DNA of 64,000 nt from Amoeboaphelidium protococcarum X5 (lineage: Eukaryota > Fungi > Aphelidiomycota). Each line of letters starts with the position of its first letter. The first letter of the stretch is position 1. The DNA is taken from assembly GCA_023515725.1 (NCBI GenBank), contig JALDTO010000266.1, positions 506,708 to 570,707 on the forward strand. Reading direction: 5' to 3'. The notes beneath the pieces are model-generated. The model saw nothing but the letters and a program-made list of their open reading frames with translations. It made no database searches and had not been told where the DNA came from. Positions 48,201 to 64,000 of this stretch are shown here, piece by piece. The translations under genes and the position numbers were made by a program.

Positions 48201-49711
48201 CACCTATTACCGCTATTTGCCTGCAGGTACCAGACTTGAATAAAATGAGTCCTCTCTTTGAGTACAAACTGAGGTCGCTGGATAGTTACACCGCAGAATC
48301 TGTATTCTTTTATGTCCCCCAGATTGTGCAATCTTTGAGATACGATCAGTTGGGTTATGCTGAGCGGTTTGTCTTGAAGACGGCCAAGTCGAATCAGTTG
48401 TTTGCCCACCAAGTGATTTGGAATATCAACGCCAATTTATACAAACGATATGTCGATGATGATAATTGCCAGGCTGATGAGATTAAGCCAGCGCTAGAGA
48501 GAGTTAGAGACTGTATTATAAATTAGCTGTCTGGAAATGATATGACATTCTTTGAGAGAGAGTTCAATTTCTTTGAGAAGGTTACAGGTATCTCTGGATC
48601 GCTTAAGCCTTTTATAAGGAAGAGTAAAGCTGAGAAGAAGCAAAAGATTGATGAAGAACTCCGCCAAGTTCTCGTGGATCCTGGAGTGTATTTGCCTAGT
48701 AATCCAGATTGTATCCTGGTCGATATTGATTACAATTCTGGTAAACCGTTACAGAGTCATGCTAAAGCTCCATTTATGGCCACGTTCAAAATTAGAAAGA
48801 CAGATCGCGTTGTTCCACCTACATCAGCTCTAAATCGTAAATAAAGCTCTTATGAGACAATTTACATGTCTGAAGTCCAACTGGACTCTTTGAATGAATC
48901 TGAAGAAGCTGAAGGTCAGCAGGAAGAGTAGTGGTAGAGTGCTATTTTCAAGGTTGGTGATGATTGTCGATAGGACCTGCTTGCTCTGCAGCTCATTGCC
49001 ATTTTTAAGAATATCTTTAGTGGTGTCGGTCTCGATCTGTATGTCTTCCCCTATAGAATTGTGGCCACCGCGCCTGGATGCGGCATAATTGAGGTGGTTC
49101 CTAATTCTGTGTCTCGAGACTAAATGGGTAGATAGAGTACCAATAACCTGTATAAATGGTTTTTGGCCAAATATGGATCTCCGAATTCTCTCAATTTCTA
49201 GCGTGCGCGTAATGCATTTATCAGAAGCCTGGCCGCGTACTCTGTGGTTGTCTATCTATTGTAGATCAAAGATCGTCATAATGGAAATGTGTTGATTGAT
49301 GAATTTGGACACGTTATTCATATAGACTTTGGATTCATCTTTGATATCGTCCCGGGTGGCATTAAATTTGAATTGTCGCCGTTCAAGTTGACTAAAGAGA
49401 TGGTGGATATTATGGGGGGCCGTGATTCTGATGACTATCAGAAATTTGTAGAGTTGTGTGTGAGAGCATTCCTGGTGGCTCGTCCGTATGCTGAGTAGAT
49501 TATTGACATGGTTTAGATGATGCTTGGTTCTGGGCTTCCGTGCTTTAAGCCTGCTCAGACTATATATGGTCTTCGCTCCAGATTTCAATTAAATCTGAGT
49601 GATGAAGATGCTGCTAAATACATGAAGAACATCGTCAATCAATCATACTTGGCATGGTCTAGTTATGTGTACGATTACTACCAGAGATTGACGAATGGTA
49701 TACCATTTTGA
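45296..49711 (+). CDS. STT4: Phosphatidylinositol 4-kinase type III alpha (~1471 aa)
   Basis: [41 protein letters not shown](TAG)[18 protein letters not shown]-terminal TNGIPF. Confidence 0.94.
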
Positions 49712-49851
49712 ATTTATCAGGACCTCTGGGACATTTTAACAGCAAGCTTTATGAATGGAATTGAAAATATGAATCTACCAACTGAACTTAATCTAAACTG
49801 TTTCTTATCCTACTGATTAATCACTATTCATTCAATCAGTCAGTAGGTGAA

Positions 49852-52770
49852 TCAAAGACTGATATCAGTATTCAAACTTTCATCAAGATACTCAACGCTC
49901 AGAGGATATTCTCCAAGTTTAGCCTCAATATGCGACGTGACATTGACATTTAATCTACCAACCATTCCCTTGAACATTGAACCAATAGACTGTCCACTGA
50001 GGGGATCATCTAACATCACTTTGAAGAATGGAGTGTCGATAGTGCTTTGAGCTGGAACAATAACTGGAGGCTATCCATCCGATCCGTCAAGCACAACATC
50101 AACACTACCCATAGGTCGTCCATCTTTCGTGATATCAGCCTTAAACTTGAGCAGCGTCATAGAGTCCATAAATGGATTCTCCGTTCTAAATGATGCCTTA
50201 GCCTACTTGTTAAATGGGGAAGTGAAAGGATTAATTTTCATATTGCCCTCCTGCACCAGCTTGTTTGGAAGTCCAGGATATGGAGCAGTGAGATACAGCT
50301 CACTGATGGAAGATTTGAGCAGAGGATTCTGAGTAGAATTTGATGCTGTACCACGCATTGAAGTTTCCATAGCTTTTCTGTTCATAAAACTATTGATCAA
50401 CTTCATACCCTTCTCTTTCTACACATCACCAACAGGCTGAAAGTATGTATAGCACGTGATATTGTTCTCACCCGGATGGAGCGTGAGATTCTTAAGCATC
50501 GTGTATCCAATCTTTTCACCTTCAGCTAGGACATCAAGTGTGACATCACCCATATGAACGATCACATCAGATGCACTGTACAGAGTAATGTAGTTCTACA
50601 TCCAAATCTGATCACTCAATCCTTTTACCACCGTAGTATTGTGAATTGTGGGATTAGAGACGCGTCCATTCTCAATACTGTACGGTCTTAGGCCAAACAT
50701 ACCCTTGGAGTAGAGCGATTAGGCAAATCTAATTCCAGTCAGAGTCAAAGTTCCCACAGCGGTTTCTGCCACCATATCAGCGGTTCCCTTGAAGGTGTAA
50801 TTCTTGCCTTCAGTGATGAAGAGCTCCTTTAGAAAGTCAGCAAATGGTTCCACCTGATCATCATCCACAAATAAAATGCTCTCTGGAATATAAGTTGAGA
50901 TTTGGTTAGGATCCTCTGCATTAGAGGTATTCGCCCAATTAGTCTTCATGGTGCCGATAATATTATTACCATTAAAGACTTAGACAGCTTGACGGCTCTT
51001 GAGCACATGCACAGGAAAATCAAAAGGAATTTTAATACCAGCCTTAATACTGGATGCGGATATGCTCGGTTTCTAGTAGCTTCCTGTATTGAAATTCATA
51101 TCTATACCAGATGCATTCAGCGACGTAATGAGCTCCAAATTCTGTCCAGGTGGTAACACCACAGTCATATTCATAGCCTTGATGGTGGCAACCAGCCATG
51201 ATGGTGTGTTATTGTTTCTCCCAATAAATCCAGTACCAACACACGCCACAATAGAATCTTGACCAGACACGTAGTTGGAGAACATTTAAGAGAAATGGTC
51301 ACTGTTCTATCCCTCTGGAGGCTTGGTCAAAAATCCAGTGAAGTTCATTGGATTAGATCCACTCTTTAGCATATCCACCGTGGTATTCACGGATCCCAAT
51401 AATCTGCCTGCATAATACATATCTAGCATCATGGTTCCCATTTCAATTGTAACCGGAGACTTGTTCACCAAATCAGCACTGATGGAAGTATTGATAGTCT
51501 TGTTATCACCCTTCATGTCCATGTAACTCACAGTTAGTCCAGGGAAACCATTCATGCCTTGCAATGCAACAGACTTGTCAAAAGTCAGCTAACTCAGCGT
51601 AATCATATCCATAACAGACACGTCGGTGAGGCCCATCAGTCTCCACGTGAAAGACTCTCTTTTCATTAGATCAGCATTACATTGTACAAACGCAGTTTTA
51701 TTACTCAGCGTCATGCGTGATTCCATCTCAATATCAGCCGCTCCCATGTTGAGGTTAATGGCCGGCATTTACATCCAGCCGAGATAATATCCTTCATACT
51801 GAATGGTGACATTCATCGGGGAAGTTTTGGCATTAATCGGGCCAGCATTACTGATGCGACCTCTGACCTGAGCAGTGAATCCAGTCTCATCCGGACGCAT
51901 AATTTTGATATCATAAAACTCTACTCTACTACCATTGACGAACGCCTGGCCAATCTAGCGGAAGAATATGATACATAGCACTACCGCTATGATGAAGAAC
52001 AGAAACAGAATACCAGATATGATGAGGCAAATCTTGTATCTCTACACAAAAGGACGCCTCTTCTTTGAGTAATCAGACTGAGCATCTGCATTAGCAGCAC
52101 CATTTTGGACCAGAGTAGCCAACTTTGGAGAATGCACTTTCGTGTCCACAGAGCCTGTCTCACAATCGCTACCACCACCGCTACTACCCAGCGTGGCCAG
52201 GGATTCTGGGTACGGACTATCTGGAGGTGGAAATCGCGGCTATGCATGTGGCGACGGTATAATAACTGGCTCATCATAAGACTCATTTTCATCTGCAGAT
52301 TACTAGCGATCACCATCATTGAGGTTGACTTCTATGACAGTGCTCAAAGGACGCAACTATTGCTATTAATGAGCATCTGAAAGCGCGTTCATACTGCCAA
52401 TCTTACTCTAAGTACTACTTTACTACTACTGCTACTACAATTACTTTACAAGTGGCTGGACGCGCGTTGGTTAATTATTATTGGGGCCACTGTGGCGTTT
52501 AATTGTATCGTCGTCGACAAATTAGACTTTCACCGCAGACTTCATTGAATTAGACGGATCCACTGCCGCGTGTTCAGATCCAGTAGACTTTGGTATACTA
52601 TTATTAATATGATCGCTGCGCCTCATCGACGCGTCATCGTTATCCTATTTCACATTGTAATAGGACATCATATCAGTAGGTGACATTATCACCGATCCGT
52701 CAGATAGACGGTACGGATTGGAGGTATTTCGGGTATTATTGTTATCGTTGTCACCCTTACTATCAGACAT
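49852..52770 (-). CDS. DUF3712/Tag1-like single-pass membrane protein with repeated beta-rich domains (~972 aa)
   Basis: Disordered N-terminus, one TM, then repeats with FDKSVALQGMNGFP, TIEMGTMMLD, LHPGENN and FRTENPF. Confidence 0.7.
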
Positions 52771-53106
52771 TATTACCAAACTGTACAAAATACAAATCTG
52801 CTAAATTGTAATAGCCTTAAATATTATACTACTGTACAGCGATGATACTGTATGTGATGTAAAGAGAGAACCGTGAGAAGATTCATCCACCCCCTTATTG
52901 TTCTCAATGGCTCTGCCGCTGATTCGGTTCATGATCAGGAGCTCCTATGGATCATTCAAGTCACGATGTAGTCATATGATATTCGAGCGATGACAAAGAG
53001 TGTTTAAATGAAGAAAAGATGAGGACATGTACAAGACAGATGAGCAGGGATGATGATAATAAGCTCAATCTATTACAGCGAGAGTTAAGAGACTGTTCAA
53101 TAATCA

Positions 53107-54491
53107 TCAGAAATCAGCCCAATCATCGTCATTCACGTCAGTCCATTGTTCACTGCTGGACGGCCGGTGAGCATCATCTTTCGCTGCCGTTATTTACTTG
53201 GACATAGCCTGAGAGACTTGCTGATTTTAATAATTATCCGCTCGTTCTTTAGTATTAACAACTTAATCTTGTACAATAGAAGAAGTTGGTAATGTCGAAT
53301 CAGATAGCGGCACATTGGAGCCATAACCAACACCAACAGATTGCTTAACAAAAACATTTTGATCCAGAGGGACAGCTGAATCATTCGCGTCTTTAAACAA
53401 ATCTTCACTATTGTCAGCATTATTATCGTCATAATTCTCATGCAATTTCTCATAGGAATTCTATCCACGCCCAGAGAAGGAGGAACTGGACGGCGACTTT
53501 ACCTGCTCCTCTCCCGTCAGTGCATGTGCAATGAACGAGATACTTTTATCGCTGGTTTCCACAATATTTTTGCCAATAGAATTCAATTGATTAGACAGAT
53601 TCTACCTAAGATTAGGATCCTGCAGCTTTGAAGCGGTCGGTTTAATCACATTTGTATTGATATCCTTGCCGATAGACTCTGCTTGAGTCGCAGCATACCT
53701 TCCCCACTCTACCGCTTTGGCACCAAACACGGACCATCCTTTAGTGAAAGCACTGACCGCATCACTAAGAATATCTTCTTCATTATGGCCTTTGCTTGTT
53801 GATGGGCCTTGATAATCGCTTCCAAATCCTTGATATTTACCACCCTGATTAGGAGGAAGATCAGCCGGGCGTTAACTATTTTCTGCTCCTTTACGAGCAA
53901 AGTACTCTTCATTACGGCTCTTGGTGCTCATCTAGCTACTACTCATACTATTACTACCCATATCCATTCTCTGCTACATATTGCCACCGCCGCCATTCAT
54001 CATGGAAGTGGCTGCATTCTCAGCGACTTTAACACGACTCAGTTCCGGAGATGGAGCAGGCAGATCAATCACTCTACCTTGCATCTCTGCCATCAATTTC
54101 TCTTTATACAAATCAGCCGCTTTAGTTTGATACTTTTGAGTGATCGACATGCCCTAGATTCCATACTTTTCAAAGAATTATCTGGCTTTATCATTTCCTC
54201 CCGCCTACAAATACTCATTCAATCAACGGCGACTATATAGATGAATGATGAACAATACGGATTATGTACCTTCATCTTATTATGTTACTCCTCTTTCCAG
54301 CTGTCCATGGTGACGGATCGAACAAAGCTGATGTGAACACCGAGCGATCTATGCTGACCGCTGCACTCCAAACATATAAAGGTCCCGAACGAAGCAGAGG
54401 CCCATTAAGGATTATGACTTCCGCAGTCCACACACTATTTATTTCCATCCAATCGCTACAACTACTGAACTTGATATCGGAAATCTGTCAT
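53107..54491 (-). CDS. GCS1: ArfGAP1/Gcs1
   Basis: [42 protein letters not shown]; intron 54205-54269; ALPS-like FTKGWSVF; C-terminal DDDWADF. Confidence 0.92.
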
Positions 54492-54778
54492 ACCGCTGAA
54501 AAGTTATAATTTAGATTGACTCTCACTTCAATAGTATTGTGTGCAGAATCGAAAGAGAGAGAGAGAGAGAAAGCGAAGTAGAGCGACTGATACTGAAAGG
54601 AACCGGAAACAATCATCGCATTACACCATTTTGCAGGTCAATTGATGGCATTAAAGCGCGATAAATAGTAAATAAATGAAAAATAAATAATAATTGAAAT
54701 TGATTTAAATCTATTTCAATCTAAAATCTATATTCTAATTGCTTAACTCAAACTAAATCATGTGTGCACTCTGCGTGA

Positions 54779-56203
<1,425 letters not shown>

Positions 56204-56801
56204 CTTTGTTTCAGGTGAGCTTAAGTGTGAGTGTATGAGCCTGTGAGTGTCGTCTGTATGGAAGACTGACTACTGATGGGGGCAAATGTTATGATATTGC
56301 AACCGGTTATCACTGAGAGAAATTCTTGATCAATAAAAATCTATAAGTGTATATATTTAGAAAATCTAAACGGGTTCCTTGACCACAGGACTAGGTAGTA
56401 CTAGGCAACTACACCCGATATATTTATAAAATGATCGCAGATTGGCTTTGCTGTAACCATAGCGTCGCTAACCACTTGGATCAGTGTCATTGCGGAATTA
56501 TATTAAGGTAACGACGATCAGGTGTAAACAAATACGGTAGACGTTACAAATAAACGGCACTTTTGTAGTTATCTCATCTATCTGTATTAAAATAAAAAAG
56601 TCACTTTACAAGAGAACTTGTATTTACAGGGGAATGTGGTAGATTGATTGATCATGAGTGAAGCAGAAGCCTCGCTTGTATAGAAACACGCGTTTCGAAT
56701 GACGAGAGTCTCGCCAATTTCTACCTCATCCTAATAGTATTCATACACTTGAAAGCAAAGCATTATATCTCTTGAATAGTGAATTGCCATTAATTTTTAA
56801 A

Positions 56802-57542
56802 ATGCTTCGAGGATTGGCTCTAATTGTGTATACGTTTTTTTACGTACCGCTGCTGTTCTATACTTGCACTAAAGGTTTCAAGACATTCACGCCTTTTGAC
56901 TTTCACCCATTGGGCATGTGTCTTGGATTCGCTATCTCTGCGTATGGTATACGTGCTTTTGTAACAAAGTCCGCTGCTCCGTTGAGTTACGCTGCTAAGA
57001 AGGACAGTCACGCTGTACGGAACTTTTTGGCCATCTGTGCAATTAGTTTCGGTGGTATTGCCATCTTCTACTCCAAATATGTTCAGAAAAAGTATCATTA
57101 TGAGACTACTCACTCTCTGTTTGGCGCTGCTGCGTCGATGTTGATGTTTTTACAATTTACCGCTGGTGCCTTGGTGTACAATTACTCAAGTGTCAAAAAC
57201 TTGGCTGTTTCTGCATTGGGTCTGTCTGGCAAGTCTCAGGTTGAAATTAGAAGAGTATTGTGGAATAATCATGCCATCAGTGCTGCTTTAGGAACCATAG
57301 TGATGTTTGCCGCCATGCTCTCCGCGTATAAGAAGGAGTTTATTATCGGGCTTCACCAGAGAATGACAAAGGAAGTTGTCTAAGCCGCAGCTATGTATAG
57401 TGGATTAAAACTGAAAGTTGACGATAACACTATGCTCTATGTTGCGTACACTCTATCCTCGCTGATCTGTCTGGGGAATCTCGCCCAGATTGGAATGAGA
57501 TTCATGCCGAAACCAACTCAAGTTGTGGATAAAACTCAATGA
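56802..57542 (+). CDS. Cytochrome b561 domain protein
   Basis: Four heme His residues in TM context: FHPLGM, SHAVRN, THSLFG, NHAISA. Confidence 0.75.
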
Positions 57543-57824
57543 ATTTGATCTAATTTTTAAAATATATCTTTAAAGTAAGCTTTACATTATACTTCTTAAT
57601 ATTGAATATAATACGCGCGTTTAAACCAAAAAATGTCACTAACATCGAACTTGCAGATCTCCTCGTAGCTTTGGGAAATCTTCGGCTCGTCCGTTCTCAC
57701 ACAGATTTGTTGATCCCGTTCGGCTCACGAGATTTATTGTTATCTGGGCATTCTCATTCTTTAACATAGTGGAATCAGTAAATTCAAATATATACCCTTT
57801 CAATCAACTTGTAATAGTCATATA

Positions 57825-59057
<1,233 letters not shown>

Positions 59058-59173
59058 TAATGATCTTCTAAAAATAAACGGTATTGATAGTCTGTCTATC
59101 CAAAGATTTTAAGATAATAATAGTTGATTTTATTATAATCATGGCATTATAAACTTGTTCCATGGTCAGGATT

Positions 59174-59722
59174 TCAATGACTGTGATGGGCCTTGACCAC
59201 TTTCCCAAATTTATCCGTTTATCTCTGTCTTATCGGAACCGTGGGATCAACCTGCGCATCGAAAGCAAACTATTTCACAACCTGATACTCTCGGTCCTTA
59301 TTAACTCTTTCCCATCCCTTGGTGTCCAAGTAGCGCTAAACTTCAGGATCTAATCTCTTTGGCGGAGGTCTTGTATCCACAGCTTGATTTAAAAGATATG
59401 CACCGCCATAGAATAGGGCAAAGAAGAGTGGAATCCATGCCATGTTCTTAATACCATCCACAAAATTACCCCATGGATCGTGCTTCCCTTGGAAGAATGC
59501 ATCTTGCAAGTCAAACTCTTCATGGATTGGCTCACCAAAATTTCTTCGATGAACATCATCATCCCAACGCTAGTACGGAGAACGTTCAGTGTGCGATGTC
59601 CACTTGATGTCTGTTGGATACAGGCCGTTCTACTGCTAGTCATAATTCTTTGGCGGTGGATGCCAGAATCTTTTCTAAATTAGATTTCGAGTATACTAAG
59701 TAGCCAGTAACTTGCTCCTCAT
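59174..59722 (-). CDS. NDUFB8: Complex I subunit NDUFB8 (ASHI)
   Basis: Mitochondrial-type leader MRSKLLATQYTRNLIQKRF; RSPYQRWDDDVHRRNFGEPIHEEFD; one TM. Confidence 0.8.
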
Positions 59723-60008
59723 AGAAGTCAACATTATTATCTCTTTCTATCTAATTCTTAATCTTTGTACTGTATATCAAAGTGTTAACTGTTTAGACAG
59801 GAAGAGGACAAACGTTCAGAAATAAAGATCAAATGGAAGAAAGAGATCATGACGAGAGACGAGAGAACGAGAAAATCATTGAGCGCTGAGGAAGCGACGG
59901 AATGCCTAGTGAGTGACGGCGTATACATAATGCCCAGCCTCACAACAACAACAGTAATCATAATAAAACGCGTTAGTTTTCATAATCAAATTTATGTATC
60001 AACACATT

Positions 60009-60234
60009 TCAATTCATAATTGGTTTACTTTCATTAAATAGGACGTGTTTTCTGACTACATAATAACGTCGTAAACAAATTGATAACATCAGAGCAAATA
60101 TCAATCTTACCGTGTGGATCATACTTTCGTAATTCCAATTTAGGTCCATTCTTTCGCCTCTGCAGAGAATAGAAATATCCTGTGCCTGCTTGTGAGTATA
60201 CTTTAACAAATGTTCTTAATGTCTTTTTCGCCAT
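60009..60234 (-). CDS. MRPL33: Mitochondrial ribosomal protein bL33m
   Basis: MAKK..VKVYSQAGTGYFY..KLELRKYDPH-VRKHVLFNE; intron 60056-60110. Confidence 0.9.
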
Positions 60235-60752
60235 ACTCAAAATATAATATCTGTGTCTCGTCGTGCCTGATGAAGAAGTGAAAATGAAAAAATAGATTCG
60301 CGTTTCGAGGTCTACACTTGCTCAAAGCCATTACTATAATATCGAGGACTATAGTAATAGATGTATCAAATCGTTGATTTAATATGAAATACATAGCTTT
60401 CTTTGTCTTGTATGATCCTTTGTTTTAATTGATTAAGCATAATGTGGATGTGAACTCATGGCACTGCAATCAGTATACTGTAGTTATGACCACCATCAAA
60501 TCAGATCCTAGTCGTTGGATTAAAACACATTTTACTGTAGTGCGTAAATATAACTTAGAATTATTGCAGACATAGCTGATCACAGCTTTCTTACTTGTGA
60601 AAATTTATTATCAAGTGTAGTGCTGGAAGATTAAATTGATCAAGTTTCAGGGTCGATGTGTTGGAGATTTTTCAACACGCTACCCCACAGAATCTCCAAT
60701 TTGAATTTCACAAGCTTTGCAGATTCCCTTAGCATGCCATCCGTCGTCTAAA

Positions 60753-61364
60753 ATGATAATGGAAGCTCCACTAGAGAACTTTAGAGAGCAAGTTATTGCG
60801 GCGATTCTTGAAAATCAAAGCGTCTACTAAACGTACATTATTGGTTCTTTATTTATTTGCATTGTAATAAGTTTAGTTGGGCAATTCTTTTGGATATGCT
60901 ATCCACCAAGAAGCAAGTAAGGAAAGAAAGTTGTTTCCATTGTTGGCACTATAGTTGTGTTCGTATTGAGTGCTTTCCCTTTCTGTCTGATGCTTTTAAT
61001 AATCTCTCCATTGATATTCATTGCACTGCCCGTGTTTCTCATAGCTGTTATGTTACACATGTCGTTCGGATACGTTCGCGTCTGCCTGATTCCTGCTCAA
61101 GACTGGGCCCCGATCAATTTCTTACAATTTGAACTTTCCGTTGCAAGCTGGATATGCTTTGACTCTTATGTGATTGCATTTATTTTTGGATCTTTTGGTG
61201 AGATTGCCATCGTTGTGGCTTGTTTCATCTGTTTCGTGTTGCGTTGGGGAACCGCTATTTGGAAGTTCTATCAGCTGATCTCTCATACTACTGATAAGAA
61301 CACGGCTGAATTCGATAAGCTGCCATTGAAATATTTTTCTGAGAACTTGGCTCAAGTAGTTTGA
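60753..61364 (+). CDS. Hypothetical ~4-TM membrane protein (203 aa)
   Basis: Frame open with TAR=Q from ATG 60753 to TGA 61362-64; several hydrophobic segments. Confidence 0.65.
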
Positions 61365-61681
61365 AAGCTGAAGTGGAACATAATGTGATATTTCTGATAA
61401 ATTTGTACCGAATTTGGAATGTTTTGCTTTTACCTATAAGATGATATTACACTTTCAAGCTATTTCTAGCCGCACTTTATTTATTGGAGGTTCTCTAAAA
61501 GTCACCTCTCAGTCTTAATTTTTTCGTATTAATGCAACGCGACTCTGAATATTGTTTTGTAAATTACTCACTTGATGCTGTTAAGTCGCGTACTGCATTT
61601 GAATGAAAGTCGCGATCAACACGATTTTACTCAGCTTCTATCTGACTCAATTCTGACCATAAATTGAACTAGAAGAGCATC

Positions 61682-62698
61682 ATGAAATACTTTGCTTTGT
61701 TTTTAACAATACTATACTTGACTAAGCCTAACATTGATGAGTTCATGGCTGCTACGAAAGCTAATACTGCTGGATGGTAGGTGGCGAGTCCAATGACGAC
61801 GCGTAATTAGCTAGAGTACCGCGATCTTTTGGTTGTCTCTGCAATGAAAGTTAACAACTAGCGATTTGTCCAAGACGAATGGTATCTTGGAGCATTGAAG
61901 CTGTGGATACCTCTACCATACGCTGCAGCTGATTCAGTGCTGTAATACCCACTTCTTTCTCGCTGTAACTATCGCGGTATTAATTTGGGGAACAACTGTC
62001 TCTGTCTGCCAAGCTACTCTGCCAGCAGTTAATGTAAAAGACTGTCCCGCTTTGTGTCACTATATTATCATTTACCTAAATCTGTGCGACCGTCAAAGAA
62101 GGATAAATTTGGATATTATTAACTTCTTCGTGAAGTTTCAGTTCTAGAGTTAATTTTAGCTCTGAGCGCGTGTGGATATGTATTCGGATCTTTATTTGGA
62201 GGAGGCTTTTCATATCGATACTTTACACTGTCATGGTATAGTTTGCGGAGATGGAGAGTTTGGACTCTATTCACTTGGCCATTTAATCACGCATCTCTGT
62301 TTAATCTGGCTTGGACTGTGTACTTGATTTACTCTGTTAGTGTGACTAATTATCAAACTTTGGGTGACAAATATTTTGGTAAGGCTTTGCTCTGCGTTTG
62401 GTTCTCAATGACAATCTTGTCGGTATTTTATGGAGGTGTTATATCGCGCAATTATAATATAGCATCCATGTCATTGGTCTTAGTAGCTGTTGCAATATAT
62501 GCAGGTATTCGCAACTTGCGACAGGACGATCTTTACAGAAGAGGATCTTAGCTATAATTCACTCAAAGCGAGATATTTATATTCCGACTCCTCGCGTATC
62601 AATTAATTTATGATGTGTTTGTCAATGCATCTCTATCGTTGGTAACTCTGATTTGGCCAGTGGTAAGTGCTGTAGCGTGTCATACATTTATTAAATGA
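61682..62698 (+). CDS. Membrane protein with an EGF-like Cys motif and a rhomboid-like (probably inactive) domain
   Basis: Signal/TM N-terminus; RCNYRG..NCLCLPSY..QC; WRVWTLFTWPFNHASLFNL; no GxSG nucleophile motif seen. Confidence 0.6.
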
Positions 62699-62798
62699 AG
62701 ATAATGTACAATTTTAAAACTCTATCACATCGTTTTGTTCTCTTTCATTCAATCCCAACATTACAAAATTATTTTCTACCAAACAAGTTCGCATAAAA

Positions 62799-64000
62799 TC
62801 ATATAAAGTGCCAGACTTCGATCGATTTAATCTCAAACGAGTGCCTACTATGGAGACTTTTGTTATGAAAAGTTTTACACGTATTAGTGGTGCCTTTGGT
62901 CAGAGTTTCATCGATGGATAGACCAAAGTGTGCACCACCACCGCCGATTGCCATATACTTGTTAGTGCCAGAAATAAATAGAGACGCACCATCAGTCAAA
63001 GCTTTCACCTGCTCGGCATTGTCGGCATGGACATGAAATCCGACCCACCGATAGGCATGATCATGAGGTGCAAGAGTAAAGAGAAATGTCTCTGACGATC
63101 CAAAGAATCGCCCATCAAGTGAATGTCCTTGCCATGAGTCTGAGAGAAATGCGCCTAGGATGTGATCATCCAGTGTTTGAATTAGCAGAACTTGAGGCGC
63201 CTCTATCGCGCATTCTTTATACAACGATGCCAATCGATAACCGTGAATCTCGGTGCTGAACAGTAACTTCATAAAGTGACCCTTGTACTTCTTTGGAATG
63301 AACTGATACAAATACTTCCAATCCTGGTCTTTCATGAATGAGCTCTGAGACTTTAGCATAGGCATCACTTTGTAATCTTGTGGTGAGAGCACCATATCAG
63401 ATGAGTTACCACTAGCAAGCAGGTCAGTCTTCACCTTCACCTTCAGACCTTCAATCTAATTACGACTTAATTAAATATTAAAAGCGGTGTCGGAGAGCTT
63501 ATCATCATCTACTCCTAGTTTAAACTCTTCTTTCAGCATTAATTCATCAAGTTACTGGACATTGGTGCACTTGAGCATCTGCGGTCCACGTAAAATCAAC
63601 ATTGCAACACCATAGCGAATTATCACCTTATAGCCCTCCATGAGAAAGCTATCAAGCATTCTAAACTCGCAGCCAATGTCCATAGAATTTAGCAGAAATT
63701 CATTAATCCATTTTATCCAAAGATCGGAGTTATTGCTGATGTTACGGAGATGTTTGACAATCTTTGGCGCGATTTGCTGAGCAACTTCAGCGAATACCTG
63801 GTAGAAATGCATCATCTCCTACAGATTGATTGGCAGGTACATCCACTTATCATTTCGCTGAGCTTGAGATACCATGATCTTGGCAATACCATACACTTGG
63901 TCTTCATTCAGATTATGTAGCAGTAAGGCCACTACATTTGGTAACATGGGACTGTACTCCAACAGGGGAAAGTCGTGACTAAGCAGAATAAGAATGACTT
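62799..64000 (-). CDS. TBC1D24: TBC1D24/Skywalker-like TBC + TLDc protein, 5' end beyond the window
   Basis: TBC-like RMLDSFLMEGYKVIIRYG; TLDc LLFSTEIHGYRL, FGSSETFLF, AIGGGG, CKTFHN, IEVW in one frame. Confidence 0.8.

Noticed and set aside
9183-54509. Many ORF-track entries (e.g. 9183-9443, 22150-22623, 30935-31399, 47978-48412, 53809-54240)
   Set aside because: They are antisense or off-frame shadows of real genes once TAR=Gln is applied.

Overview
This is gene-dense (~38 CDS, short intergenic spacers) nuclear DNA from a fungus-like eukaryote with a non-standard code: TAA/TAG = Gln and TGA is the only stop (translation table 6). That is why the supplied standard-code ORF track is fragmented; with TAR read as Q, almost every gene becomes one long ORF or a few exons joined by 34-75 nt introns. 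Fungal-type genes plus this code point to an aphelid such as Amoeboaphelidium protococcarum (inference). Most genes are housekeeping: Nit3, TFIIF-alpha, CABLES, Met22, Kin28, Guk1, Slx4, Tfc3, Pri1, TM9SF3, Ada3, RNase H1, DHHC-PAT, CobW, Stt4, Gcs1, Kin1-like kinase, Cys3 and complex I subunits. The standout is a 2,845-bp non-autonomous Tc1/mariner-type element (1489-4333, TA target duplication, imperfect 25-bp CAGT... TIRs). It carries an intact 771-aa Fanzor (eukaryotic TnpB-like RNA-guided RuvC nuclease) broken by ~23 TAR codons under the standard code, followed by a structured candidate omegaRNA, so a TAM and guide can be predicted. Also notable: a near-invariant TGTAG 3' splice site, a 177-bp tandem repeat with a 32-bp hairpin core, and secreted orphan proteins. 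All translations and coordinates were done by eye; no database searches were run.
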